Shown piece after piece: positions 26,922 to 35,275 of a stretch of DNA of 64,000 bases. The notes under the pieces are model-generated. The model made no database searches and was not told the origin of the DNA. It was given only the letters and a program-made list of their open reading frames with translations. The stretch spans positions 10,059 to 74,058 of the forward strand of contig VFJZ01000007.1 of NCBI GenBank assembly GCA_009885805.1. Direction: 5' to 3'. The stretch comes from Actinomycetota bacterium. Its GTDB lineage: Bacteria > Actinomycetota > Thermoleophilia > Gaiellales > F1-60-MAGs149. The position numbers and the translations under genes were made by a program. The stretch's first letter is position 1; every line of letters starts with the position of its first letter.

Positions 26922-27653
26922 GTGGAACGAGGGCTCTTCATTGCCGCCTCAGGGATGCTCGCGGCCCAGATCCGACAGGATGTCATCGCAAATCGCTTGG
27001 CGAACGCTACGACGCCGGGCTTCAAAGGTGAGACTCTGGCGCAGGTCGCCTTCGGCGACATGCTGCTCTCGAACACGTTGACGGGTGCCGGCATCGGTCC
27101 ACTCAACGTCGGCACGCTCATCACGGAGATCAAGCCGAACCTCACGAACGCCGGCTTCCGGTGGACGCAGAACACGCTCGACCTCGCGATCGGCGGTGAT
27201 GGCTGGTTCGCCGTGCAGACCCCACAGGGCGTTCGCTACACGAGAAACGGCGCGTTCACGACCGATGCCGAGGGGTTCATCACGACGGCGCAGGGCGACC
27301 GCGTACTCGGTACCGACGGGCAGGGAATCAACGTCGCCGGCGGCGGTCGCGTGACCATCGCCCGCACCGGCGAGGTCCGTGTCGGCGATCGTGTCGCCGG
27401 CAGGGTCGCCGTGATCGCGCTCGATCCCGAGTCCGTCCGCAAAGAGGGCCAGAACTACGTCAGTGGCACCGTGAATGCCGGCGCCCGCGTCGGCTCAGTC
27501 GCGCAGGGTGCTCTCGAATCGTCCAACGTCAACACGGTCTCCGAGATGGTCGCGCTGATCGAGAACATGCGCACCTTCGAGGCCGACCAGAAGGTGATCC
27601 GCGCGCTCGACGACTCGCTCGACCGCGCAGCCAACCAGATCGGGAGAGTCTGA
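26922..27653 (+). CDS. flagellar basal-body rod protein (FlgF/FlgG family)
   Basis: GTG at 26922 with a ggagga RBS. N-terminal GLFIAASGMLAAQIRQDVIANRLANATTPGFK; C-terminal GALESSNVNTVSEMVALIENMRTFEA. Confidence 0.85.
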   Translation: MERGLFIAASGMLAAQIRQDVIANRLANATTPGFKGETLAQVAFGDMLLSNTLTGAGIGPLNVGTLITEIKPNLTNAGFRWTQNTLDLAIGGDGWFAVQTPQGVRYTRNGAFTTDAEGFITTAQGDRVLGTDGQGINVAGGGRVTIARTGEVRVGDRVAGRVAVIALDPESVRKEGQNYVSGTVNAGARVGSVAQGALESSNVNTVSEMVALIENMRTFEADQKVIRALDDSLDRAANQIGRV

Positions 27654-28426
27654 TGCTCGACGCGCTCTACACGGCAGCCAGCGGCATGCTGGCCCAGCAG
27701 ATCGGGCTCGACGTTATCGCCAACAACCTGTCGAACATCAACACCGTCGGCTACAAGGCGCAGCGGGCGGCGTTCGAGGACCTGCTCTACAACACCATCT
27801 CGACCAACCAGGGCGCGACGCAGGGCCAGCAGATGGGCCTCGGCGTCGCGGTCGCCGGCATCCAGGCCCAGTTCGACGAGGGGTCGATGCAGACGACCGG
27901 CGTCCAGACGGACTTCATGATCACCGGCGGCCAGGGCTTCTTCGCCGTCCGCAAGCCCGACGGGACGACGGCGTACACACGGGCCGGCAACTTCGGCGTC
28001 GACGCGGCCGGGCAACTGGTGACCCAGCAGGGCGACCTCGTGCTCGACGCAGCCGGCCGCCCGATCGCCTTCCCGAACGATACGAAGCAGATCGAGATCG
28101 ATCCGGCGGGGAACATGGTCGCGGTCACGCAGACCGGCCGTCAGGCCGTCGGGCGGCTCGGCGTGATCGCCTTCACGAACCCGGCCGGCCTCGAGTTGGC
28201 CGGGCAGAGCCAGTTCCGTGAGACCGCGAACTCGGGCGCGCCCCGCTCCGTGACGTCCGGTGAAAGCGCCGGCAAGGTCGTCCAGGGGGTCCTCGAGATG
28301 TCGAACGTGAAGGCCGTCGACGAGATGGTCAACATGATCGCGACCCAGCGCGCCTTCGAGTCCGTCTCCAAGGTCGTCCAGGCGTCCGACGAGATGCTCG
28401 GCACCGCGAACAGCCTGAGGCGCTGA
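27653..28426 (+). CDS. flgG: flagellar basal-body rod protein FlgG
   Basis: 257 aa. MLDALYTAASGMLAQQIGLDVIANNLSNINTVGYK; C-terminal GVLEMSNVKAVDEMVNMIATQRAFES. TGATG overlap with the upstream gene. Confidence 0.9.
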   Translation: MLDALYTAASGMLAQQIGLDVIANNLSNINTVGYKAQRAAFEDLLYNTISTNQGATQGQQMGLGVAVAGIQAQFDEGSMQTTGVQTDFMITGGQGFFAVRKPDGTTAYTRAGNFGVDAAGQLVTQQGDLVLDAAGRPIAFPNDTKQIEIDPAGNMVAVTQTGRQAVGRLGVIAFTNPAGLELAGQSQFRETANSGAPRSVTSGESAGKVVQGVLEMSNVKAVDEMVNMIATQRAFESVSKVVQASDEMLGTANSLRR

Positions 28427-28794
28427 TGTCGGTCGCCGCGATCTCCTCGACGATGTCGACCTCGCCGATCGGCCCGCTGCCGGCCGGCGTCGCCGCGCCG
28501 AAGACCGAGCCCGAGAAGGCGCTCTACGAGGCGTGCAAGCAATTCGAAGCCGTGTTCGTCCGGCAGCTCGTCAGCGGTTGGATGAAGAGCGCCCGCGGCG
28601 AGAGCGCGGCCGACGGCGTTCAGGCCGTCTACCAGGACATGGCCGACTCGACGATGACGCAGAATCTCGTCGAGGGTGGCATCTTCGGTCTCGCCGGCAC
28701 GGTGTACGGCCAGCTTCGGGCCGTCGCCGGTCCGGTCACGCCGACCGCAGATCCACCTCCAGGCGTCACGCCGACACTGCCGGTGGTCGCATGA
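28426..28794 (+). CDS. flagellar rod-binding protein (FlgJ N-terminal-like, no muramidase domain)
   Basis: 122 aa. CKQFEAVFVRQLVSGWMKSAR ... IFGLAGTVYGQL matches the Rod_binding pattern. Confidence 0.7.
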   Translation: MSVAAISSTMSTSPIGPLPAGVAAPKTEPEKALYEACKQFEAVFVRQLVSGWMKSARGESAADGVQAVYQDMADSTMTQNLVEGGIFGLAGTVYGQLRAVAGPVTPTADPPPGVTPTLPVVA

Positions 28795-29279
28795 ACGAGA
28801 CACTCCGGCAGCTGATCGCCGTCCTGCGCGCCCAGGCCGACTCGCTCGAGCAGGCGCTGGCGTTGACCGAGCGACAGACCGACTGCATCGTCCGCCGTGA
28901 TCTCGAGCAGATCAACGGGCTCTCGTCGAGCCTCGAGCGCGAGGTGCTCGCAGGGCGCCGCCTCGAGGAGCGCCGGCTTGGCTTCGCGGCCGAGCTCGCC
29001 GCCGCGCTCGGCATCGATCCGGAGGCGACGACGCTCGGGACGATCGCGGCCGCGCTGCCGCGCAACGAGTCGCGGGCACTCCTCGCCGCCGGCGACACGG
29101 TCATCCGCACGGTCGAGCGGCTCGCGCGCCGATCTGCTGCCAACCGGCAGCTGCTCGAGCACGAGCTCCAGGTGATCGACCAGGTGATGCGGATCGCCCA
29201 CCGCGGTGAGCGGACGACCTACGCCGGCGGCGGTACGTACGCCGAGACCACCATCTCGCTCCTGGACGCGCGCGCCTGA
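28791..29279 (+). CDS. FlgN-like flagellar export chaperone
   Basis: In-frame ATG at 28791 (ATGA overlap). 162-aa all-helical protein directly upstream of flgK-flgL (MNETLRQLIAVLRAQADSLEQALALTERQ...). Confidence 0.65.
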   Translation: MNETLRQLIAVLRAQADSLEQALALTERQTDCIVRRDLEQINGLSSSLEREVLAGRRLEERRLGFAAELAAALGIDPEATTLGTIAAALPRNESRALLAAGDTVIRTVERLARRSAANRQLLEHELQVIDQVMRIAHRGERTTYAGGGTYAETTISLLDARA

Positions 29280-30736
29280 TGGGCGTCTCGACCTTCAACG
29301 GCATCAACATCGCGCTGCGCGGCCTGCTCGCTCAGCAACGCGCGCTCGACGTCACGACGCACAACATCGCAAACGCCTCGACCGAGGGGTACACGCGGCA
29401 GGAGGCACTCCTCCAGGCAGCAGACCCGATCTCGAACGTGTCGCTCTGGGGCATGGTCTTCCCGGGGCAACTCGGGCAGGGCGTCACGGTCGACTCGTAC
29501 CGTCGGATCCGCGACGTCTTCAACGACGTGCAGCTGCGGGGCGCGGCGTCCGAGCAGGCGTCGCTTGACGTCCGCTACCGCGAGCTCCACGCGATCTCGC
29601 TGGCGATGCCGGAGCCGTCGGACTACGGACTGCGTTCGCAGCTCCAGCGCTTCTTCGAGTCGTGGCACGAGGTCGCGAACGCCCCCGAGTCGCTGGCGGC
29701 GCGGCACGCCCTCGCACAGTCCGGCCAGTCACTCGCGACGACCTTCAACCACACCGCCCGCGTCCTCGCCGACATGCGGGTCAACGACGACGCGGAGATC
29801 ACGGCCGGCATCGGCGAAATGAACGCGATCCTGGCCGGGGTCGCCGAGCTCAACACGCAGATCGGCCAGCTCGTCCTCGCCGGCGCCGAGCTGGACCCGG
29901 CGACGCTGCAGATCGTCCGTCCCGGTCAGGCCCCGAACGACCTCCTCGACCGTCGCGACCTCTTGCTCGACAAACTCGCGGAGATCGCTGACATCACGAG
30001 CGTCACCTACGACGACCAAAACCGCGCAACCGTCGTCGTCGCGGGACTGACGGTCGTGACGCCGGCGGCCGGCGCAACCCCCGTGACGCGAGCGCAGCTG
30101 GACGCGCAGTTCGCCAGCGCGACCCTGACGGGCGGTCAGCTCCACGGGCTGCTGGAGGCGCATGGCAACATGCTGAACGAGGCCAACCCGGCGTCGTACA
30201 TCTCCCAGCTCAACCTCCTCGCGCAATCGCTTCACGATGCCGTCAACGCCCAGCACGCCCTCGGCATCGATCTGAGCGGCACGGCCGGTGGGGTGTTCTT
30301 CGACATGTCGGCGCCCGCGGGCCCGCCGGGTGCGGCGACGCGACTGCGGATGTCGGCCGCGCTGCTGGCGACGCCGAACCTGATCGCCGCTGGCGGCGCC
30401 GGTCAGGGCCCCGGCTCAGCCACGAACGCGAATGCGATGATCGCGCTCCAGGACGCGCTCACGACGGGCGGCGCCACGTTCCGCAACTACTACAACGGCC
30501 TGCAGTCGGGACTCGGTGCGACGACGCAGAGCACGCAGCGGTCGCTCGAGGCGCAGGGCATCATCGTCGGTGGGCTGGCCGATCGCCGTTCCTCGACGTC
30601 GGACGTCTCGCTCGACGAGGAGATGACCAGCATGATCCGCTTCCAGCATGCGTACGCCGCGGCGTCGCGCATCCTCAGCGCGATGGACGAGAACCTCGAT
30701 CGCCTGATCAATGGCACCGGGCGGGTCGGTCTCTGA
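29279..30736 (+). CDS. flgK: flagellar hook-associated protein 1 FlgK
   Basis: 485 aa. N-terminal STFNGINIALRGLLAQQRALDVTTHNIANAST.GYTRQ; C-terminal VSLDEEMTSMIRFQHAYAAASRIL. Confidence 0.9.
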   Translation: MGVSTFNGINIALRGLLAQQRALDVTTHNIANASTEGYTRQEALLQAADPISNVSLWGMVFPGQLGQGVTVDSYRRIRDVFNDVQLRGAASEQASLDVRYRELHAISLAMPEPSDYGLRSQLQRFFESWHEVANAPESLAARHALAQSGQSLATTFNHTARVLADMRVNDDAEITAGIGEMNAILAGVAELNTQIGQLVLAGAELDPATLQIVRPGQAPNDLLDRRDLLLDKLAEIADITSVTYDDQNRATVVVAGLTVVTPAAGATPVTRAQLDAQFASATLTGGQLHGLLEAHGNMLNEANPASYISQLNLLAQSLHDAVNAQHALGIDLSGTAGGVFFDMSAPAGPPGAATRLRMSAALLATPNLIAAGGAGQGPGSATNANAMIALQDALTTGGATFRNYYNGLQSGLGATTQSTQRSLEAQGIIVGGLADRRSSTSDVSLDEEMTSMIRFQHAYAAASRILSAMDENLDRLINGTGRVGL

Positions 30737-31632
30737 TGCGGACGACGAACAACGTCATCTCCAGCCACGTATTGCACGACCTCCAGACGGTCGCCGAGCG
30801 GCTCGCGCGGACGCAACGCAAGCTCTCGACCGGCAGGGAGATCGGACAGGTCGAGGACGACCCGGTCGGCGCCGGACGCGCGATGTTCCTCCGCGGTCAG
30901 TTGGAGGACCTGCGCCAGTTCGATCGCAACATCGACGAGGCGCAGGGGTGGATGGCGGCGTCGGAGCTGTCGATGTCCGCGGTGCAGGACATGATGAAGC
31001 GCGCCAAGGAACTGGTCGTCCAGGCCGCGAACGGCACCATCGACCAGAGCGGCCTCAACAACATCGCAGCCGAGATCACACAGCTGATCGGAGCCGCTCG
31101 CCAGGCGATGAACGGGACGTTCGCGGGGCGCTACGTCTTCTCAGGGACGGCGACCCTCGCGCAGCCCTACCCACCGCCGGGGCTGGCGTACGCGGGTGAC
31201 GCGAACACCATGCTGCGCGTCGTCGGTCAGGGCGAGCTGATCGACGTGAACATTCGTGGATACGAGGCCTTCTCGGTGCCACCGACGGCGGCCGGTCAGA
31301 CCGTCCTCGAGCTCCTCGAGCAGATCCGTGCCGACCTCGTCGCTGGCAACCGCGCCGCGATCGGAGGTGCCGATCTCCAGGGCATCGACGCGATGGTGGA
31401 CGGCCTCTCCTCGGCACGGGCGCTCGTCGGTGCGCGCATCAACCGGCTCGACACGCAGCAGTCGACGCTAAAGGACCTGGCCCTGAACGTCGAAGATCTG
31501 CTGTCGAAGACCGAGGACGCCGACATGGCCAAGACCATGATCGACTACTCGATGCAGCAGTCCATCTACGAGTCCGCATTGCAGTCCGGCGCGCGCGTCA
31601 TGCAGCCGTCCCTGCTCGACTTCCTGCGGTAA
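30736..31632 (+). CDS. flgL: flagellar hook-associated protein 3 FlgL
   Basis: 298 aa. Flagellin-like N-terminus (LARTQRKLSTGREI ... DDPVGA) and C-terminus (DADMAKTMIDYSMQQSIYESALQ). Confidence 0.85.
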   Translation: MRTTNNVISSHVLHDLQTVAERLARTQRKLSTGREIGQVEDDPVGAGRAMFLRGQLEDLRQFDRNIDEAQGWMAASELSMSAVQDMMKRAKELVVQAANGTIDQSGLNNIAAEITQLIGAARQAMNGTFAGRYVFSGTATLAQPYPPPGLAYAGDANTMLRVVGQGELIDVNIRGYEAFSVPPTAAGQTVLELLEQIRADLVAGNRAAIGGADLQGIDAMVDGLSSARALVGARINRLDTQQSTLKDLALNVEDLLSKTEDADMAKTMIDYSMQQSIYESALQSGARVMQPSLLDFLR

Positions 31633-31640
31633 GGAGCGCG

Positions 31641-32150
31641 ATGCCGCCCGTTACGATCGAGTCCACCCGCTTCGGCACCGTCGAGATCGAAGACGACATC
31701 GTGCTGACGCTCGAACAGGGGATGATCGGCTTCCCCGATCAGCGGCGGTACGCGATTCTCAAGCAGCGCGAAGACTCGGTGTTCATGTGGCTCCACGGCG
31801 TTGACGACGGGTCGCTCGCGTTCCCGATCGTCCTGCCGTGGGTCTTCTACTGGGACTACGAGGTCGATCTGGCCGACGCCGACATGGCCGCGATCGGTGT
31901 CGAGCGGGCAGATCAGATCTCGATCTACTGCGTGGTCAACGTCGGCGCCGACGTACGGAACGCGACGATCAACCTGTTCTCGCCGATCGTCGTCAACAAT
32001 GGCGATCGTCGCGCACGGCAGGTCATCAACACGATCGATGCGTACACGACCCGCGACCAACTGTTCCGCGATACCGACAGCCCGACGCCGGTGGCGATGC
32101 ACGAATCGGACGCGCCGAACGTCACGGTGCTGTCCCCCGGGTTCCAGTAG
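31641..32150 (+). CDS. fliW: flagellar assembly factor FliW
   Basis: 169 aa. [35 protein letters not shown] ... FMWLHGVDD ... FPIVLP. Confidence 0.85.
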   Translation: MPPVTIESTRFGTVEIEDDIVLTLEQGMIGFPDQRRYAILKQREDSVFMWLHGVDDGSLAFPIVLPWVFYWDYEVDLADADMAAIGVERADQISIYCVVNVGADVRNATINLFSPIVVNNGDRRARQVINTIDAYTTRDQLFRDTDSPTPVAMHESDAPNVTVLSPGFQ

Positions 32151-32179
32151 GATCCGGTGGCAACGCCAGGGAGGGCACC

Positions 32180-32404
32180 GTGCTCGTACTGACCAGGAAG
32201 ATCGGCGAGACGTTCGTCGTCGGCGACGACATCACCGTGACGGTGATCGACATCGTCGGCGGCAACAAGGTGCGGATCGGTATCAACGCGCCCTCGAGCG
32301 TCCCCGTGTACCGCGAAGAGATCTGGCTCCAGATCCAGGAGGAGAACCGGCAGGCTGCCGCCGCCGGCCCGGATCTGCTCGACCAGCTCGAGTCATCCAC
32401 GTAA
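32180..32404 (+). CDS. csrA: carbon storage regulator CsrA (FliW-partner type)
   Basis: GTG at 32180 after gggaggg. (M)[48 protein letters not shown], plus a C-terminal extension. Confidence 0.9.
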   Translation: MLVLTRKIGETFVVGDDITVTVIDIVGGNKVRIGINAPSSVPVYREEIWLQIQEENRQAAAAGPDLLDQLESST

Positions 32405-32428
32405 GGCGCGCCGCTAACGTCGTCGGCC

Positions 32429-32887
32429 GTGGCGGCCGACAAGGAAGTGATGACGGCGCGCACGCGCAACTGCAGGGAGTGCGGAGACGCCTTCCCGCTG
32501 ACCAGGATCGATCAGGTTCTCTGCGTCGCGTGCGTCGACGATGATCGCGACGTCCGCCTGATCGTCCAGACCCTCGTGAGCGCACGGCGTCCGACGCTCT
32601 CGGCCGTGGCGCTCGCGACGGGGATCTCGCTCGCTCGCATCCATGAACTCACCGCGGCCGGTCGCCTCTCGGGTGTGTCCGTCGGCACGGACTCCCCGGC
32701 GGGCGATGACCTCGTCATCGCCACGTCTTGCGTCTGTCAGCCCGGCACGGTCGGGCGGTGCATCCACTGCCAGATGCGGCTCGCGAAGACGTTCGCCGAC
32801 GCCACGTCCGGGGCGACGCCGCACGTTGCGACCGCACGAAGAGGCATGCACAACCGGCCGTCCGACGGCGGTCGACGGCGCTCCTAA
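32429..32887 (+). CDS. YvyF-like flagellar-operon zinc-ribbon protein
   Basis: N-terminal CRECG ... CVAC, a central HTH-like segment (PTLSAVALATGISLARIHELTAAGRL), and C-terminal CVCQ ... CIHCQ. This is the architecture I recall for Bacillus YvyF (TIGR03826). Start is 32429 or 32450. Confidence 0.5.
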   Translation: MAADKEVMTARTRNCRECGDAFPLTRIDQVLCVACVDDDRDVRLIVQTLVSARRPTLSAVALATGISLARIHELTAAGRLSGVSVGTDSPAGDDLVIATSCVCQPGTVGRCIHCQMRLAKTFADATSGATPHVATARRGMHNRPSDGGRRRS

Positions 32888-32912
32888 AGGAAACGTCTGC
32901 GTCGGCCGATTG
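32885..32912 (+). promoter_or_regulatory. sigma-28-type promoter candidate TAAA-N16-GCCGATTG
   Basis: -35 TAAA at 32885-32888 (overlaps the upstream stop codon). -10 GCCGATTG at 32905-32912. 41 nt upstream of the cheW GTG, which has an aaggag RBS at 32942-32947. Confidence 0.5.
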
Positions 32913-32953
32913 TATCGCGTACAGCGCGCCCGTTCGACCCCAAGGAGCCTCTC

Positions 32954-33385
32954 GTGCACCAGCTCGTCGTCTTCTCCCTCGGATCCGAGGAGTACGGACT
33001 CCCGATCACCGCGGTCCAGGAGATCATCCGTTACTCGCGGCCACGGACGATCCCTTCGGCCCCATCGAGCGTCCGCGGCGTGATCAACCTGCGCGGCCGT
33101 ATCATCCCCGTCGTCGATCTGAAGAGCCGCCTCTGTCTCCATGGCGGCGACGCGGACGAGTCGAAGATCGTCATCATCGAGGCGGGAGACGTCACGGCCG
33201 GCCTGATCGTCGACGACGTCGACGAGGTCATCACGGTTGACGAGGACACGCTCGAGCAGGCTCCGAGCGGCGACGTCGGCTACATCTCGGCGGTCGCCAA
33301 GGTCGGCGATCGGCTGCTCGTCCTCCTCGACCTCGAGGCGATGTTCGCCGGCGAGGCGTTCGACGCCGATCTCGCAGCGGCCTGA
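32954..33385 (+). CDS. cheW: chemotaxis coupling protein CheW
   Basis: 143 aa. LVVFSLGSEEYGLPITAVQEIIR ... VRGVINLRGRIIPVVDL. Confidence 0.9.
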   Translation: MHQLVVFSLGSEEYGLPITAVQEIIRYSRPRTIPSAPSSVRGVINLRGRIIPVVDLKSRLCLHGGDADESKIVIIEAGDVTAGLIVDDVDEVITVDEDTLEQAPSGDVGYISAVAKVGDRLLVLLDLEAMFAGEAFDADLAAA

Positions 33386-33392
33386 CGCCCCC

Positions 33393-34499
33393 GTGACACT
33401 CGGCTCTGCAACCGCTGCCCGTCCGCGCGTTCGCGCACTCGTGGTTGACGACTCGCCGTTCATGCGCAAGCTGCTCAACGACACCCTTCGCACCTGCGGG
33501 GTCGAAGTCGTCGGCGAGGCCGGCAACGGCGCGGATGCGCTCGCCGCCTGCGCCCGTCTCAACCCGGACGTGATGACGCTCGACCTGCAGATGCCCGGTT
33601 TGTCCGGTATGGACGTGCTGCGGAAGCTACCCCCCGGCGGCCCGGGCGTTCTCGTCGTGTCGGCGCACACCGACGAGGGCTCCACGCTCGCCGTCGAGGC
33701 GCTGTCGATCGGCGCTGCCGAGGTGATCCGAAAGCCGGCGATCGACGGCTCGATGAGCGAGTTCGCGGCTGATCTGAAGGCCGGGGTCGAGGCCGCTGCC
33801 GCCGCTCGCCGCCGACCGGCGCGGCCGTGCCTGGCGCGGCCGCACGCGGCGCCGTCCCCGCCGGCTGCGAGCCCCCGCGCTGGTCGTGTCAGGCGACCGG
33901 TCGCGGCGCCGCCCGGCCCGCGCGACTCGATCCGCGCCCTCAACCGGCCGATCGTCGTGATCGCCTCTTCGACCGGCGGCCCGCAGGCGCTCGCCGAGGT
34001 CGTGCCGAGGCTGACGAACCCCTGCGGCGCGGGCGTCCTGATCGTGCAGCACATGCCGTCCGGATTCACCCGCTTGCTCGCGGAGCGCCTGAACACCATG
34101 AGCGAGCTCGAGGTCCGCGAGGCCGTCAGCGGCGATCGTGTCCGGCCCGGTCTCGCGCTACTCGCTCCGGGCGGACTCCACCTGCGCCTCGCCGGCGGCA
34201 TCGTGACGTTGACCGAGGAACCGCCGATCGGCGGGTTGCGTCCTCGCGCCGACCTGACAATCGAGGATGTCGCACGCGAGTGGCGCGACCGCTGCGTGCT
34301 GATCGTCCTGACCGGCATGGGCGACGACGGGACGCGGGGCGCACAGGCGCTCAAGGGTGCCGGCGGCGTGATCCTGACCGAGGCCGAGGAGACCTGCGTC
34401 GTCTTCGGGATGCCGCGCTCGATCAACGAGGCCGGGCTCACAGACATCATCCGGCCGCTCGGCGCCCTGCCGGCGGCGCTGAAGCAGGTGATGCGCTGA
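33393..34499 (+). CDS. cheB: chemotaxis response regulator protein-glutamate methylesterase CheB
   Basis: Receiver domain (VRALVVDDSPFMRKLL ... DVMTLDLQMPGLSG) plus methylesterase (VVIASSTGGPQAL ... VQHMP ... GMGDDG). GTG 33393 chosen as the start (uncertain). Confidence 0.9.
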   Translation: MTLGSATAARPRVRALVVDDSPFMRKLLNDTLRTCGVEVVGEAGNGADALAACARLNPDVMTLDLQMPGLSGMDVLRKLPPGGPGVLVVSAHTDEGSTLAVEALSIGAAEVIRKPAIDGSMSEFAADLKAGVEAAAAARRRPARPCLARPHAAPSPPAASPRAGRVRRPVAAPPGPRDSIRALNRPIVVIASSTGGPQALAEVVPRLTNPCGAGVLIVQHMPSGFTRLLAERLNTMSELEVREAVSGDRVRPGLALLAPGGLHLRLAGGIVTLTEEPPIGGLRPRADLTIEDVAREWRDRCVLIVLTGMGDDGTRGAQALKGAGGVILTEAEETCVVFGMPRSINEAGLTDIIRPLGALPAALKQVMR

Positions 34500-35275
34500 T
34501 GGCCGACGAGTACATCGACTTCAGCACGGGCCTGAAACGTCTCACCGGGATCGATCTCGGGTCGTACAAGCGCCAGCAGATGGAGCGACGGATCCGCTCC
34601 TACGTCGATCGCATGCCCGTCAGCGGTCTCGCCGAATTCCTCCGGCTGATCGAGAAGTCGCAGGAGGAGCTGGACACGTTCCTCGACCGGATCACCATCA
34701 ACGTCTCGGAGCTGTACCGCAACCCGGAGCAGTACGAGACGCTCCGCACCAAGGTCGTCCCGGAACTCCGGGCAGCGAACCCGATACGCGTCTGGAGTGC
34801 AGGCTGCTCCTACGGCGCGGAGGCCTTCACCGTCGCGTGCATGCTCTCGGAAGAGCTCGGCGGGACGGCTCACTTCGAGATCGTCGGGTCGGACATCGAT
34901 CGCCGCGTCGTGCACCGGGCGGAGCGCGGGTTCTTCTCCGACGCCGACATGCGGAGCGTGCCCGCGAAGGTCCGCGAACGCTGGTTCGAGCGGCAGGACA
35001 GCGGCTTCCAGGCGCGCGAGCAGTTGAAGCACCACCTCCGGTTCCGGCGTGAGGATCTCCTCCACGACCGCTTCCAGAATGGCTGGGATCTCGTCCTGTG
35101 CCGGAACGTCGTCATCTACTTCACCGACAAGGCTCGCGACCAGGTCCACCAGGGCCTCGCGAAGGTCCTGCGCCCCGGCGGCTACCTGATGGTCGGCTCG
35201 ACCGAGCGGGTTGCCGATCCGCACGCGATCGGACTCGAGCCCGCATACCCGTTCATTTACCGGAAGGTCGCCTGA
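34499..35275 (+). CDS. cheR: chemotaxis protein methyltransferase CheR
   Basis: ATG at 34499 overlaps the cheB stop. ITINVSELYRNPEQYE ... IRVWSAGCSYGAEAFTVA. Confidence 0.9.
   Translation: MADEYIDFSTGLKRLTGIDLGSYKRQQMERRIRSYVDRMPVSGLAEFLRLIEKSQEELDTFLDRITINVSELYRNPEQYETLRTKVVPELRAANPIRVWSAGCSYGAEAFTVACMLSEELGGTAHFEIVGSDIDRRVVHRAERGFFSDADMRSVPAKVRERWFERQDSGFQAREQLKHHLRFRREDLLHDRFQNGWDLVLCRNVVIYFTDKARDQVHQGLAKVLRPGGYLMVGSTERVADPHAIGLEPAYPFIYRKVA

Noticed and set aside
26868-26925. Sigma-70-type promoter for the divergent small ORF on the minus strand (TTGAAA at the reverse complement of about 26893-26898).
   Set aside because: The -35-like hexamer has no acceptable -10 at 16-19 nt spacing, and the start codon of that ORF is itself uncertain.
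32414-35224. 936-aa minus-strand ORF spanning the cheW-cheB-cheR region.
   Set aside because: It is antisense to three + strand genes with unmistakable family motifs. Its product is low-complexity, Arg/Pro/Gly/Ala-rich, with no recognisable domain. This is the usual stop-codon-poor antisense frame of a very GC-rich genome.
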